Positions 49,943-59,700 of a stretch of 64,000 bases of DNA are shown here, piece by piece. The DNA is from Candidatus Micrarchaeota archaeon CG10_big_fil_rev_8_21_14_0_10_45_29 (GTDB taxonomy: Archaea; Micrarchaeota; Micrarchaeia; Anstonellales; Anstonellaceae), in NCBI GenBank assembly GCA_002778455.1, contig PFCD01000005.1, positions 4,424-68,423 of the forward strand. Reading direction: 5' to 3'. How positions within the stretch are numbered: position 1 is the first letter of the stretch; the number at the start of each line of letters is the position of its first letter. Position numbers and translations under genes: made by a program. The notes under the pieces were generated by a model. It saw nothing but the letters and a program-made list of their open reading frames with translations, was not told the DNA's origin and ran no database searches.

Positions 49943-49989
49943 ATTCCCCCCGCATTTTCCTCATCATTATTTATTATAAGCATACCCAC

Positions 49990-51225
49990 TCAAACCATCC
50001 TCGTCAAATTCGTCAAATCCATCTGCGTTCCCAGCGCGTGCGTAAGCTCTCTTGCAATCTCAATATATACTATAAAATTAATTATAGGCAAAAGCACTCC
50101 CGCAATCATATACATCATAACCGCCTGATAAGGCCAAATAACAACCGCGCCAAGCCTGTCTATGCCGCCTGATGCAAAATTTGTAAGCGGGTTTTCCCCG
50201 GGCTTGCTTTCAGTGAAATATTTTGCCACTTTTGCAGGGTCTGTATCAGCACTCTGTTGCAGCTGCCCGTCCGCACCTGCCTTCGGATCATAAAGCTTCC
50301 CAAACCCCTCACTTATGTTTGTAGCAGTTGCGGAAGGATATATTGTCTGCCCCTCAATCTGCGCCGCAGTTTGCGAATTGCTATCTATTAAATTAATCTG
50401 CTGCCCCCCCACCTGCCGGGTTATCCCCTCAAGCGAGGAATAAACTATCGCATCATTTAGCATGAGGGTTATGGGAAAGAAAAACATCGAGGCTATCGCA
50501 AGCCCCATCACCGCGCCCCCGAATTCGCGGGTAGGCAGAAAAGTGCGCAAAAGAAGCCCAAGCGGCAAAAAGAAATATGGCATGGAAAGAAAAAAGAAAT
50601 CCAGCACCCTCATCTGCACCAATATGCTCAAATAAGAGAGGGTAAAAGCGCTTATGGCAACCATAAAAATATTCATAAGCTGCTGAAAGCCTGCCAGCGG
50701 CTCAAGCGCGTAGCCTATTCCCATCGGGCTTGAATTCCAAGTCACCTTAAATATGTATGAGAGCGCATAATTTATGGCAATTAGCGCCTGGTATATATCA
50801 TCTCCTCTGGTTTTGACTTTTTTCAAATACCCCTGCGCAACGCAATAAGGGCTCACTTCCGCCGTTCCGGCAGAGGCAACATTAGTGGCATCCATGCAGT
50901 TTTGCATTATTTCCTGCCCGTGCGCCCCTCCATAATAATCCGGCGCAAGAAAAGAGACGTCCCAGTGGCACATGCCCCACATCCAGCCCATCACAAACAT
51001 CGCAAGAATTGCGGTCGCAACAATCTGGAAAAACTCAAAGCGCGCCCATGCCTGCAATTTGGGGATTCTTAGCGCGTTTGCGGCCATAAACACCGCAACC
51101 ACTCCCAAAGACATTGCAAAAAGGGATATAAACACAAGATAAAACCAGTTTCCGCCCACTATGTTATTCAGGCTCCAGTCGCTAAGAGCCGAGTCCAGCG
51201 AAATGCAATAATTTGGTATGTCCAT
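49990..51225 (-). CDS. Polytopic membrane protein, paralog 5 of 6 (CedA/VirB6-like core)
   Basis: AWARFEFFQ; LPLGLLLRTFLPTREFGGAVMGLAIASMFFFP; C-terminal LLPIIN...LGTQMDLTNLTRMV. Confidence 0.8.
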   Translation of the reverse strand: MDIPNYCISLDSALSDWSLNNIVGGNWFYLVFISLFAMSLGVVAVFMAANALRIPKLQAWARFEFFQIVATAILAMFVMGWMWGMCHWDVSFLAPDYYGGAHGQEIMQNCMDATNVASAGTAEVSPYCVAQGYLKKVKTRGDDIYQALIAINYALSYIFKVTWNSSPMGIGYALEPLAGFQQLMNIFMVAISAFTLSYLSILVQMRVLDFFFLSMPYFFLPLGLLLRTFLPTREFGGAVMGLAIASMFFFPITLMLNDAIVYSSLEGITRQVGGQQINLIDSNSQTAAQIEGQTIYPSATATNISEGFGKLYDPKAGADGQLQQSADTDPAKVAKYFTESKPGENPLTNFASGGIDRLGAVVIWPYQAVMMYMIAGVLLPIINFIVYIEIARELTHALGTQMDLTNLTRMV

Positions 51226-51234
51226 TTTTTATCC

Positions 51235-52503
51235 CTAAAATATTTTCTCAAAGGCGCTAAGGTCAATCTCGGTGCCAAGGAATTTCGTAATCTCCTTTAT
51301 TGCCGTCAGCGTAATAAATATGTTGAAAAGCGGCATTATTACAGACACTATAAGCGTGTAAAATAAAGTGGCTTTTAGCAATGAGAGGAAAAACACTATT
51401 ATAAACACAAAAATAAACGTGGAAGGAATAGAGCCTGTAAGAAATGTAAGCCCGCCCAATAATAGCAGGCTTCCAACTCCTGAATTATTGATGCTTTTCT
51501 CAATAAAATTAAGGCTCTCAACCCCTATGAGCCTGAAAAAGCATTTTATGCTCTCCCCCTGCCCGGCGGTGGAATCTGTGCATGAGCGCATATCTGTAAA
51601 TTCCGAGCCCAAATTGTTTGCATACACCCCTCCTCCTGCGAAAGTGGCCTCAAGGTAATTCTCAAAAGCAATCGCATTCAAATTAAGCACAAACGGGTAA
51701 ACAAAGTAAAACCCAATCGCTATTGCTATGAGCACATTGCCAAGCCTTGCATAGCCAAACGCCTTCATCAAAAGCCCTGGGGGCATAAGGGTTGCCATAA
51801 GCCGCTGCTGCACAAACAAAAGTATCCACAATTGCGCAAACCATGTGCCCACCGACACCGCCAGCATGGATAGCATTATTCCAAGCGAGTCAAATACGGG
51901 GCGAAACGCGGGCGCAAGAGAAAACGAAATTCCGATAACTCCGGCAGGCCTAAAATACGGTGTAATATTCCCTACAGTGGACAATATTGCAGTCAGCGTA
52001 GTCATGCTCAAAAATTCATAAATAATAGTGTTTCTCACGGTTTCTGCAAAATTTATCGCGTTTGTTATCTGCAAAAACCCTATTCCCATAAAGCTTGATG
52101 GCGCATTCTCAATTAACACAAAAGCCGCGGCAGAAATCGCAAGTATTATAGCCGACTGCCCCGCTCCGTTCATAAGCCCCCTTCCCCACGTGCTTATCCT
52201 TGGCCCAAAAAGCCCTGCAAACATTTCCGAGAGCCCGCCCAGCAGAAAGACGATAAAAAGCGCGATAAATGAGAGCACCACCCATCCATAATCCGGAGCC
52301 CTCACATCCCCGGCATCAATTCCCGGAGTAGGCGCCCAGAAATCCTTGAAAAGCAAATCAGGCACAAGCCAGCCCATAATTCCCTCATCGGCTGCGGCAT
52401 GCACAGGGGGCGCAAGAAACATCGGCACAATTAAAACAGCCAAAACAATAACCGCTGAGGCAACCGCCCCCGCCCTATTAATATGCAATTTATTTTCTTT
52501 CAT
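51235..52503 (-). CDS. Polytopic membrane protein, paralog 4 of 6 (CedA/VirB6-like core)
   Basis: Signal-like N-terminus; TWGRG; MPPGLLMKAFGYARLGNVLIAIAIGFYFVYP; C-terminal IMPLFN...LGTEIDLSAFEKIF. Confidence 0.8.
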   Translation of the reverse strand: MKENKLHINRAGAVASAVIVLAVLIVPMFLAPPVHAAADEGIMGWLVPDLLFKDFWAPTPGIDAGDVRAPDYGWVVLSFIALFIVFLLGGLSEMFAGLFGPRISTWGRGLMNGAGQSAIILAISAAAFVLIENAPSSFMGIGFLQITNAINFAETVRNTIIYEFLSMTTLTAILSTVGNITPYFRPAGVIGISFSLAPAFRPVFDSLGIMLSMLAVSVGTWFAQLWILLFVQQRLMATLMPPGLLMKAFGYARLGNVLIAIAIGFYFVYPFVLNLNAIAFENYLEATFAGGGVYANNLGSEFTDMRSCTDSTAGQGESIKCFFRLIGVESLNFIEKSINNSGVGSLLLLGGLTFLTGSIPSTFIFVFIIVFFLSLLKATLFYTLIVSVIMPLFNIFITLTAIKEITKFLGTEIDLSAFEKIF

Positions 52504-54084
52504 CTATATCAACCTGCTAAGCCCTGCAATCTCAATATCTCCCCCAAGCGTTGGCGAGAGAACCTTTATTGAAGATAATGTAACCATCAACGAAATAAAG
52601 GGCGCAAGAAGGCTGAACATAAAAAGCTTAGACATATTATCTATTGTCCCGTTTTTTCCAAGCAGCTCGTCCGTTGCAAATGCGCGCGATATTCCTCCCC
52701 TATAAGCCTCAATAAGCCTGTTATACCATGCATCCCTCTGCTTTGAGAGGATTGCGGCAGATTCCTCATCTGTCCCTGTTTTCTCAAAGCACACGCCTGC
52801 GATAACCTGCGCTTCCCTCGCAATTCTCTCTTCCCCGTTTGCGCTGCTTGCCAAATACTTCCTAAACTCATTCCCGAACGCCCCGTAATAATCATCAACG
52901 CAAACACAGTTGTTTGTGTCGCACACCTTTCCTACAGAACATGAGAAAGAGCCATTATGCGCGCTCATGCTATTTGCAACAACAGGCGCATCCGCATTTT
53001 CATTGCATTGCTCCCACGGCTCAATTTTCCCGTTCGCGCAATAATCAATCATCTTTTGCCCGTCATAGCCCTGCCCCCAGCCGCTTATTGTTTTTCCAAT
53101 CCCTGAAATATTCACCGGCCGCACCACTGCAGGCGTCACGCCCTCAAAATTCACATCTGTTTGCATAATGGACAGCCCTATTTGCGTTGCATCTGCCCCA
53201 ACCCACGGGCCTGTGAAAGAGAAAAGCACCGATGCCCAAAACACATACATCATCGGAAACACCAAATAAAAGCAAATGCCAATCGCTATTAAAAGCCCGC
53301 CCAGCTTTCGCGTGAAATAAAACATCCTAAAGAAAATTCCGGCGCACAAAAAGAACGGGAAAAACGCAAGATGCCAAAAATCAATCAAAAATTGCTGCGC
53401 CCGTATCACAAGCAAATTTTTCATAAGCAAATCAAATGCAAAGCTTAGCGTTTCCACAACAGGCGTAAGCCCCGCAAACGGGGACACCGAGAGCGCCCCG
53501 CCCGGCGCAGGAGTGCCTTTGAACCCAAGCCCCATGCTTGAGAGCACATACAAGAAAGACTCATACCTTACAATAGATGTTGCCTGCCCCTGCGTCGCCT
53601 TTGCAAGTATTTGCAGATAATCCTCGGCAATTCTTATGTGGCAGGGCCTATCCACTCCCGGCACATTGCAGCTTAAATCAACCCACGCGCCCCATGCCTG
53701 CCCTTCATTTCCCGCAAAAGTAATTGCAGGCAAAGTTGCGCTAAGCATTTGCACCTGCGATATCAAAATCGCGACACACACGAAAATAATTGCAGAATAC
53801 GCAATCTGCAAAAGCTCTGCCTTTACCCAAACCTTAATTTTGTCATCTGTTGCAAAGCTTGCATACAGCCAGGCAAGCACATAAATTCCTATCCCTATCC
53901 CGAATGCTGAGAGCATGGGCGCCTGCCATGCGCCCCACCACTCGCTAAATTTACTCATTATCCCCCCATAATCCGAAGCTCCCGCGCTTCCAACGCACCC
54001 TGAGAGGAAAATAAATGGCAATATTAGCACTAATGCAAATGCGCGCAACGCAAAACCTTTTTCCTGTTTATTTTCCACCGTCAT
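52504..54084 (-). CDS. Polytopic membrane protein, paralog 3 of 6, with lipobox-like N-terminus and Cys-rich loop
   Basis: FLSGC; VWVKAELLQ; AGIFFRMFYFTRKLGGLLIAIGICFYLVFP; CANGKIEPWEQC...CSVGKVCDTNNCVC; C-terminal LGGDIEIAGLSRLI. Confidence 0.8.
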   Translation of the reverse strand: MTVENKQEKGFALRAFALVLILPFIFLSGCVGSAGASDYGGIMSKFSEWWGAWQAPMLSAFGIGIGIYVLAWLYASFATDDKIKVWVKAELLQIAYSAIIFVCVAILISQVQMLSATLPAITFAGNEGQAWGAWVDLSCNVPGVDRPCHIRIAEDYLQILAKATQGQATSIVRYESFLYVLSSMGLGFKGTPAPGGALSVSPFAGLTPVVETLSFAFDLLMKNLLVIRAQQFLIDFWHLAFFPFFLCAGIFFRMFYFTRKLGGLLIAIGICFYLVFPMMYVFWASVLFSFTGPWVGADATQIGLSIMQTDVNFEGVTPAVVRPVNISGIGKTISGWGQGYDGQKMIDYCANGKIEPWEQCNENADAPVVANSMSAHNGSFSCSVGKVCDTNNCVCVDDYYGAFGNEFRKYLASSANGEERIAREAQVIAGVCFEKTGTDEESAAILSKQRDAWYNRLIEAYRGGISRAFATDELLGKNGTIDNMSKLFMFSLLAPFISLMVTLSSIKVLSPTLGGDIEIAGLSRLI

Positions 54085-54090
54085 ATTAAC

Positions 54091-55164
54091 CTATTCCAAT
54101 TTATTTGAGAAAAACTTTGTTCCGGCTTTTACAAACGTCACCACAAGCACCATGTTAAGCGCCGGCAAAAATACCGACTGCATCACAATATATGAAAGAT
54201 GCTTTGTAAACCCTCCCGCGCCTATGAAATCCTCTTTTAATTTGGGAAGAAGCTGCAATGATATGCTATCATACACCGCCCCCGCCCCGAAAACATAATC
54301 TGCCCTGTCCCAATTTTCTTTTCCGCTGCACATGGGATACCCGAAATCATCCTGATACATCTTATACATCACCTGCGCGTTTATCATATATGAGAAAGGC
54401 AAAATAAAATAAAACGCAAACGCAGTTGCAATCAAAAATCCCCCGGCATCGCGCGTGGGCGCAAACACCCTCATCAAAATTCCGGCAGGCAGCACAAGTG
54501 CAAGCGCAGTTGCATGCACTATCTCAAGCCCCACCTGCTGTGCAAAAAGGCTTGCGGTAAAGGGGGTAATAAACATAAGTATCAAATCAATCGAGCGCTC
54601 AATAACATCAAAACCCGGAAACGCTGGAAACGAGAAGCCCCAGCCGTATGTGGCTGCATAAAACCTTGCCTTCATCCCTGCAAGGTATTGCGCCCCCATT
54701 TTCATTCCCTCAAGCTTTAGCGTAGTGGCGCTTGAGACGCAAATCATCCTGTTAAGGTAATTGTGGGTAACATCAAACGCCCCCATCCCCCCGACGCCGG
54801 TAGTTTTTTGCACATAGTCGCCCACAACAGCATCTGCCGCAACCGCGCCAGCAAACAAAAGAAGCCCTATAAGCACGCTGATTATTCCCTGAAAAATTTC
54901 CGTCTTTGCAAACGCCTCCCATTCCGGGTTTTTTAGCGCCTGGGACGCCATATACACAAGCGAGGCGGCAAAAGCCATCATCGCAAGCCCAAGCGTAATA
55001 ATGTTTATTATCGGCGTATATTCGCTAATCGCAAATATATTTCCTCCCGCAATGGGCGCAATGCCCGCATCCTGCGCAAACAAAAAGCCGCAAAGCGCCA
55101 AGGCTGGCAAAACAAGCGCAAAGCACAACAATGCAAATTTTTTATTTTCCATTTCTTCTGCCAT
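54091..55164 (-). CDS. Polytopic membrane protein, paralog 2 of 6 (CedA/VirB6-like core)
   Basis: AFAKTEIFQ; LPAGILMRVFAPTRDAGGFLIATAFAFYFILP; C-terminal FLPALN. Confidence 0.8.
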   Translation of the reverse strand: MAEEMENKKFALLCFALVLPALALCGFLFAQDAGIAPIAGGNIFAISEYTPIINIITLGLAMMAFAASLVYMASQALKNPEWEAFAKTEIFQGIISVLIGLLLFAGAVAADAVVGDYVQKTTGVGGMGAFDVTHNYLNRMICVSSATTLKLEGMKMGAQYLAGMKARFYAATYGWGFSFPAFPGFDVIERSIDLILMFITPFTASLFAQQVGLEIVHATALALVLPAGILMRVFAPTRDAGGFLIATAFAFYFILPFSYMINAQVMYKMYQDDFGYPMCSGKENWDRADYVFGAGAVYDSISLQLLPKLKEDFIGAGGFTKHLSYIVMQSVFLPALNMVLVVTFVKAGTKFFSNKLE

Positions 55165-55195
55165 TTTTTATTTTTTCATACTTTTTCCCGCCGCA

Positions 55196-56662
55196 TCATA
55201 TCAATTTGCTCATTCCAAACACCCTCGGCTCCCCGCCTATTGCCAAACTGATGTCTTTGAACATTGTAATAGAAATAACTATTGAATTTGCCAAAAACAG
55301 CAAATTAAGCACAAACCAGCTCATGCTTGCGGTAAACTCATCAACCATCGCCTCAAAAAAATACTCTGTAGGCAAAATAGGGCCGGTAATCCCTTCAAAA
55401 TTAATCATATATTTTGCAACAATAGGCACGTTTTTCCCAAATGCATCCGCAAGCGCATTTCCCTGGCTTGCAGGAAGCTGCACATCAACGCTATACTTTG
55501 AATTCGGGTCGCTCCCGTCCCATGCCCCCAGCACAACCCCTGTTGTCTCTTTTGTTTCCTGCTCAAATTCAATAAGCTGCCCCTTTACTCTCTCAACATA
55601 TTCGCTCTGGCTCTCCCCCGCTCCCGGCTTGCAAATATCAAGCAGTGAATGGTAATTTGTCCAGTTTATCAGCTCATCCGCGCCAATGCTAAAGTAAATC
55701 TGCTCATTTATCCATATGCTCATAGGATACACAAAATACATCACAAGCGCTATTGCGATAAGGGTGGCGCCCGTCTTTCTCAAAAAAGGTATTGCCCTAA
55801 AGCCCACTCCAAGAGGCAAAAATACCGCCAACGCGCTAGTGTAGACAAATTGAAGCAGCACCTTTTGCGCAACAATAGAGCCAACTCCCATTCCCACCAA
55901 ATCCGTAATCATAATCATTGCCTCGGAAATCGGCGTCAGCCCCGCATTTGGCGCCATGTCAAGGGAAATTGAGCTGATAAGCGGCTCAGGCAAATAGGCG
56001 CTTACCCCGAAAGTGGAAAGCGTGCCAAGCATAAACTCAAGAGAGAAAAGCCCCACATAAATATTCATCATATGCCCAAGCATCACGCCAGAACTTCTCC
56101 CCGTGTCCTTGTCATCCCATTGAAGCTCATACAGGCTTGCCACATCCTCATCAGGCCCTGCTTCCATAAGATTTTTCACATATTTGTCTTTCTCAAGCGG
56201 CATGCAGCCCAAGAACCAGTCAACATTTGCAAAAAGAAGGGTTTGAGGCCGCTCATTTATCGTATTCATCTTATACACTGTGGCACTGTCCTCGCAAATC
56301 ATTATAGGCACATTAGGCTGGCTGTCCAAAAGCTTTGAGGTTGCAACGTTTTTTGCAAATTCCCCGTATGCCGCCAATCCTCCGGCTATTAGCACCACTA
56401 TAATTATGGTGGCGGCAAGCTCATACAACTCCTGCTTTGCAAACGCCTTTATGGCAGGAATATTTGTCACTTCTCCAGCCATAAAAGAAAAGGCAACAAA
56501 AAGCACCCCTATCATAAGCCCTGCAAAAACCAGCGTAGCATCCTTTGCAAGCGAAAAAGAGGCGCTTGAGCCTGCGCTCGCGGACCAAACAGATGCAGTT
56601 ATGGCAACAATCGCAACTAAAGCAATAAATGCCCTAAAATTTTGCCCCACCATCACATTCAC
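55196..56662 (-). CDS. Polytopic membrane protein, paralog 1 of 6 (CedA/VirB6-like core)
   Basis: AFAKQELYE; LPLGVGFRAIPFLRKTGATLIAIALVMYFVYP; C-terminal IGGEPRVFGMSKLI. Confidence 0.8.
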   Translation of the reverse strand: MNVMVGQNFRAFIALVAIVAITASVWSASAGSSASFSLAKDATLVFAGLMIGVLFVAFSFMAGEVTNIPAIKAFAKQELYELAATIIIVVLIAGGLAAYGEFAKNVATSKLLDSQPNVPIMICEDSATVYKMNTINERPQTLLFANVDWFLGCMPLEKDKYVKNLMEAGPDEDVASLYELQWDDKDTGRSSGVMLGHMMNIYVGLFSLEFMLGTLSTFGVSAYLPEPLISSISLDMAPNAGLTPISEAMIMITDLVGMGVGSIVAQKVLLQFVYTSALAVFLPLGVGFRAIPFLRKTGATLIAIALVMYFVYPMSIWINEQIYFSIGADELINWTNYHSLLDICKPGAGESQSEYVERVKGQLIEFEQETKETTGVVLGAWDGSDPNSKYSVDVQLPASQGNALADAFGKNVPIVAKYMINFEGITGPILPTEYFFEAMVDEFTASMSWFVLNLLFLANSIVISITMFKDISLAIGGEPRVFGMSKLI

Positions 56663-56794
56663 TTAACCTCTGTTTGCTTTTAAATCATTCCGAACCGCGG
56701 AAAGAGGGAGTTTTACCCCCTCTTTTATTTATGTTTCACCCTTATTTTTCATCACTTAAAATCATTTATAAATACCCTGCCCCTAAATTCTAAC
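56663..56794. promoter_or_regulatory. Divergent promoter region
   Basis: 132-bp AT-rich gap with TTTATAAA (56765-56772) about 25 nt before the GTG at 56795, TTTTAAA near 56678, and an inverted repeat AAAGAGGGAG/CCCCCTCTTT at 56701-56725. Confidence 0.5.
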
Positions 56795-59700
56795 GTGAAA
56801 GCGCAAATACTTGCACTGGCATGCCTACTGATATTGCTATCTCCCCTCTACGCCCAAGCCGCGCAAGACACAACATCCGCCGCCTCCCAAGCGCTCTCAA
56901 CAAATTTTCTGGACGACCAATATTCCTCCAACATACAATTTGACCTCTCCAATTTTGCAATCGGGGGCGATATGGCAATAAACGCAACCTATAAGGAAAT
57001 AAGCTTATACAATACCGGAGGAATAATAGACAACAAGCAAAGCATCACCACTATAAAAATAGCAAAAAAAGCATTGGTAAGCTTTTACATAGACAACGAA
57101 ACAATCCCCATAACCGACTCAACAGGAAAGCCGATTTGCCAAAACCTTCTCACAGACAAGAATGGGCGCGCCTCATGCAATATCGCCTATGCCAAAAACC
57201 CCTCCGGCGCAGGCGCGCTTGCAATCCAAAGCTGGCCGCATCCGCGCCCGATTTTAATAGCAAAGCTTCACTCCTCGCTTGAAAACCAGAAAATAAAGCC
57301 ATCTATGGCATCAATTCCCCTCTGGACAAAGGACTCCTACAACCCGGTAATATTTCGCGCATTCTCAAGCGCGATAAACGGGCAAAGCATTTTCCTCTGC
57401 ATTCCCATCATCGTGGTATTCGGACTGCTTCTTGCCTCAATGCAATACCACGGGCACAACCCCCTATCGCTCTTTGACATCACCGTGCCGCGCATGCCAA
57501 ACATAAAAAAAGTAAGAATGAAATCCCCCGCCGTGCCTGTGCACCTTGCAATGAAGGGGCGCCTCTCCGCCCGCCTCATGGGGCGCACCGAGAAAGGAAT
57601 ATCCTCGCAGATAACCTCGCTTTACAAAAAAAACAAAAAAGATTCGCGCAACATAAAAAAGGAAATAGACGCGCTTTTCCCAAGAAGAAAAATAGTAAGA
57701 AAAGCCGGCGCGTTCGGCAAGGAAGAGGCATATCAGGCAGCGCTCGCCCGCCTCAAAAAACTAATAGATGAATCCGGAGCATCCGAGAAGGACCGCAACC
57801 GCGCATATGCAAACGCCCGACGCCTTATGGAAGTGCGCGAGGTGCTGGCGCTCGATGACAAGGTAACCGGCGCGGCAAGAGGGGGGCAATACAAGCACCC
57901 AGGCAAAATAAACCCTGTAATAGATTACGCAGCAACCCGCCTTGCAAAGCCCTGGAAGCTTATACCATCAATCGCAAAGCAGGAATGGGCAGACAACCTG
58001 CCCGGGCTTCCCTATGTTGAGCGCGCGGGGATTGTTGCGCAAGGATGGCTTGCAGGGCGCGCGGGAAACTTAAGGATGCGCCGCTCGCTCTACAAATCTT
58101 TGGCAGCAGAATCCGCCCTGGCGCTCGGGCTTGCAAGCCGAGAGAGCAAATTCATAAAAGCAAATATTTTCGAGGAAAAAAAGCTTGGCGAAATTCCGAG
58201 AATAGTTGAGAAGATGCGCCAGGAATCCTACCAGCTTGCGCGCGCTCTCATGGATGAGCATCTGCGCACCCTAACATTAGGCATAGTGCTAAGGCAAAAA
58301 AACAAGGACGGCGCGCCCGAGCTTTTAATGGATAAAAAAAGCCTGGAATATGTAAAAAAGCTTGAGCAGCAAATTCGCGCAGAAATAGAGCGGAAAGTCG
58401 CTTCAGGGCAAATACTAAAGGAATTCGCAGAATATTATTTTAAAGAGAAAATGATGATTCAGCTTGCAGATTATATAAAGAAAAACAACATCTCTTTGCA
58501 AGACGTAACCGGGCAAGCGCTTAGCAAGCAGGAGCTTCAGGATTTCCTTGTCTCTGCAAAGCTTTACGCGACAAAAGTGCGCGAGCTTCTTGTAGAGGAC
58601 GGCTTGAGCGCCGGGGGCGGGCGCTACCCCGACCTTACGTCCGAGCAGGCAAAAAGAATGGACCCAAACCAGGTTTACAGGCGCTACACAGAATTAATAG
58701 GAATACTCGACAATATCTCAAAAGACACTTTGGGGAAAGGAAGGCTCCCCCTTGTGATGCTTGGGCATGATTTGGCAGAAATTTTCGGCAAAGCCGTGGA
58801 TATGCGCCGCCTGCGCGGGGAAATCTCCGCAGACGATGCAACAAAAATGCAGCTTATTCGCGTATATATGGAAACCGAGCTTGTGAAAAAGCAACTCTAT
58901 GACTATATAATATCCAACCGCTCGCTTGCAAGCATGGATAAGCCGCAGCTGGAACCCCTGCTTGGCAGCGGGCTTCTCAACTCCAAATGGCTCAAAGCGC
59001 TTGAGGATGCCACCAAAATGCAAAAAGTGCTTGAGCCGCTTAACTACACTTTGCGAGGCGAAGCCGCATCAAGAAATTTCCTAACCTCTTTTTATGCCCA
59101 CGACACTCCGTATGCAGTAGAGCTTGAGAAAAACAAAATAAGGGTGTTGCGCGAGCTTTTCACCTACCAATTTGACCGCGGGTTTGAAGACCTTTTCAAA
59201 AATTATGATTTGCAGGTAAGCAAAAATTTAATGACTTACCATTCAATGAAATCCCTTATCTCCCATTACATGGACGGGGCGCAATGGAATGCAGAAAATT
59301 ACAACGCATGGCTCAAAAAAGGCGCGACATACGGGGACATAAGAAAAGGGGTATGGATAATAGACGCCAACCACAACATCCTGCCATTTGCATCAGGCTT
59401 CAAATTCGACGGGCAGGGGCGGGCGGCGGAGGCGTATGCAAAATTCAAAAACGGGCATCTTACATATGATCACACCACCTTCGGCCTTATGGGCTCCGAC
59501 TATGCACAGCGCCCAATAAACGCAACTTTAATGTTCAAAAACCCGCAAGGCAACTGGAAGGCAGGCACCTCCGCAGACGCGCAAACAGACAAAATATTAA
59601 CTCAGCTAAAGCAATACCATTTTGCCCTCTCCTCCTCCACCTATGGCGGAAAGCTTCTTTTCTCAGGCTATTCTTCTGACGGGAAAACCCCTGCAGGCAT

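Noticed and set aside
32767-52506. Amber (TAG) recoding suggested by three in-frame TAG junctions (32767, 36075, 52504)
   Set aside because: TAG ends conserved genes at their expected C-termini (tyrS, nrdJ, stomatin, translin). The junctions are explained by overlapping AGGTG RBS motifs or translational coupling.
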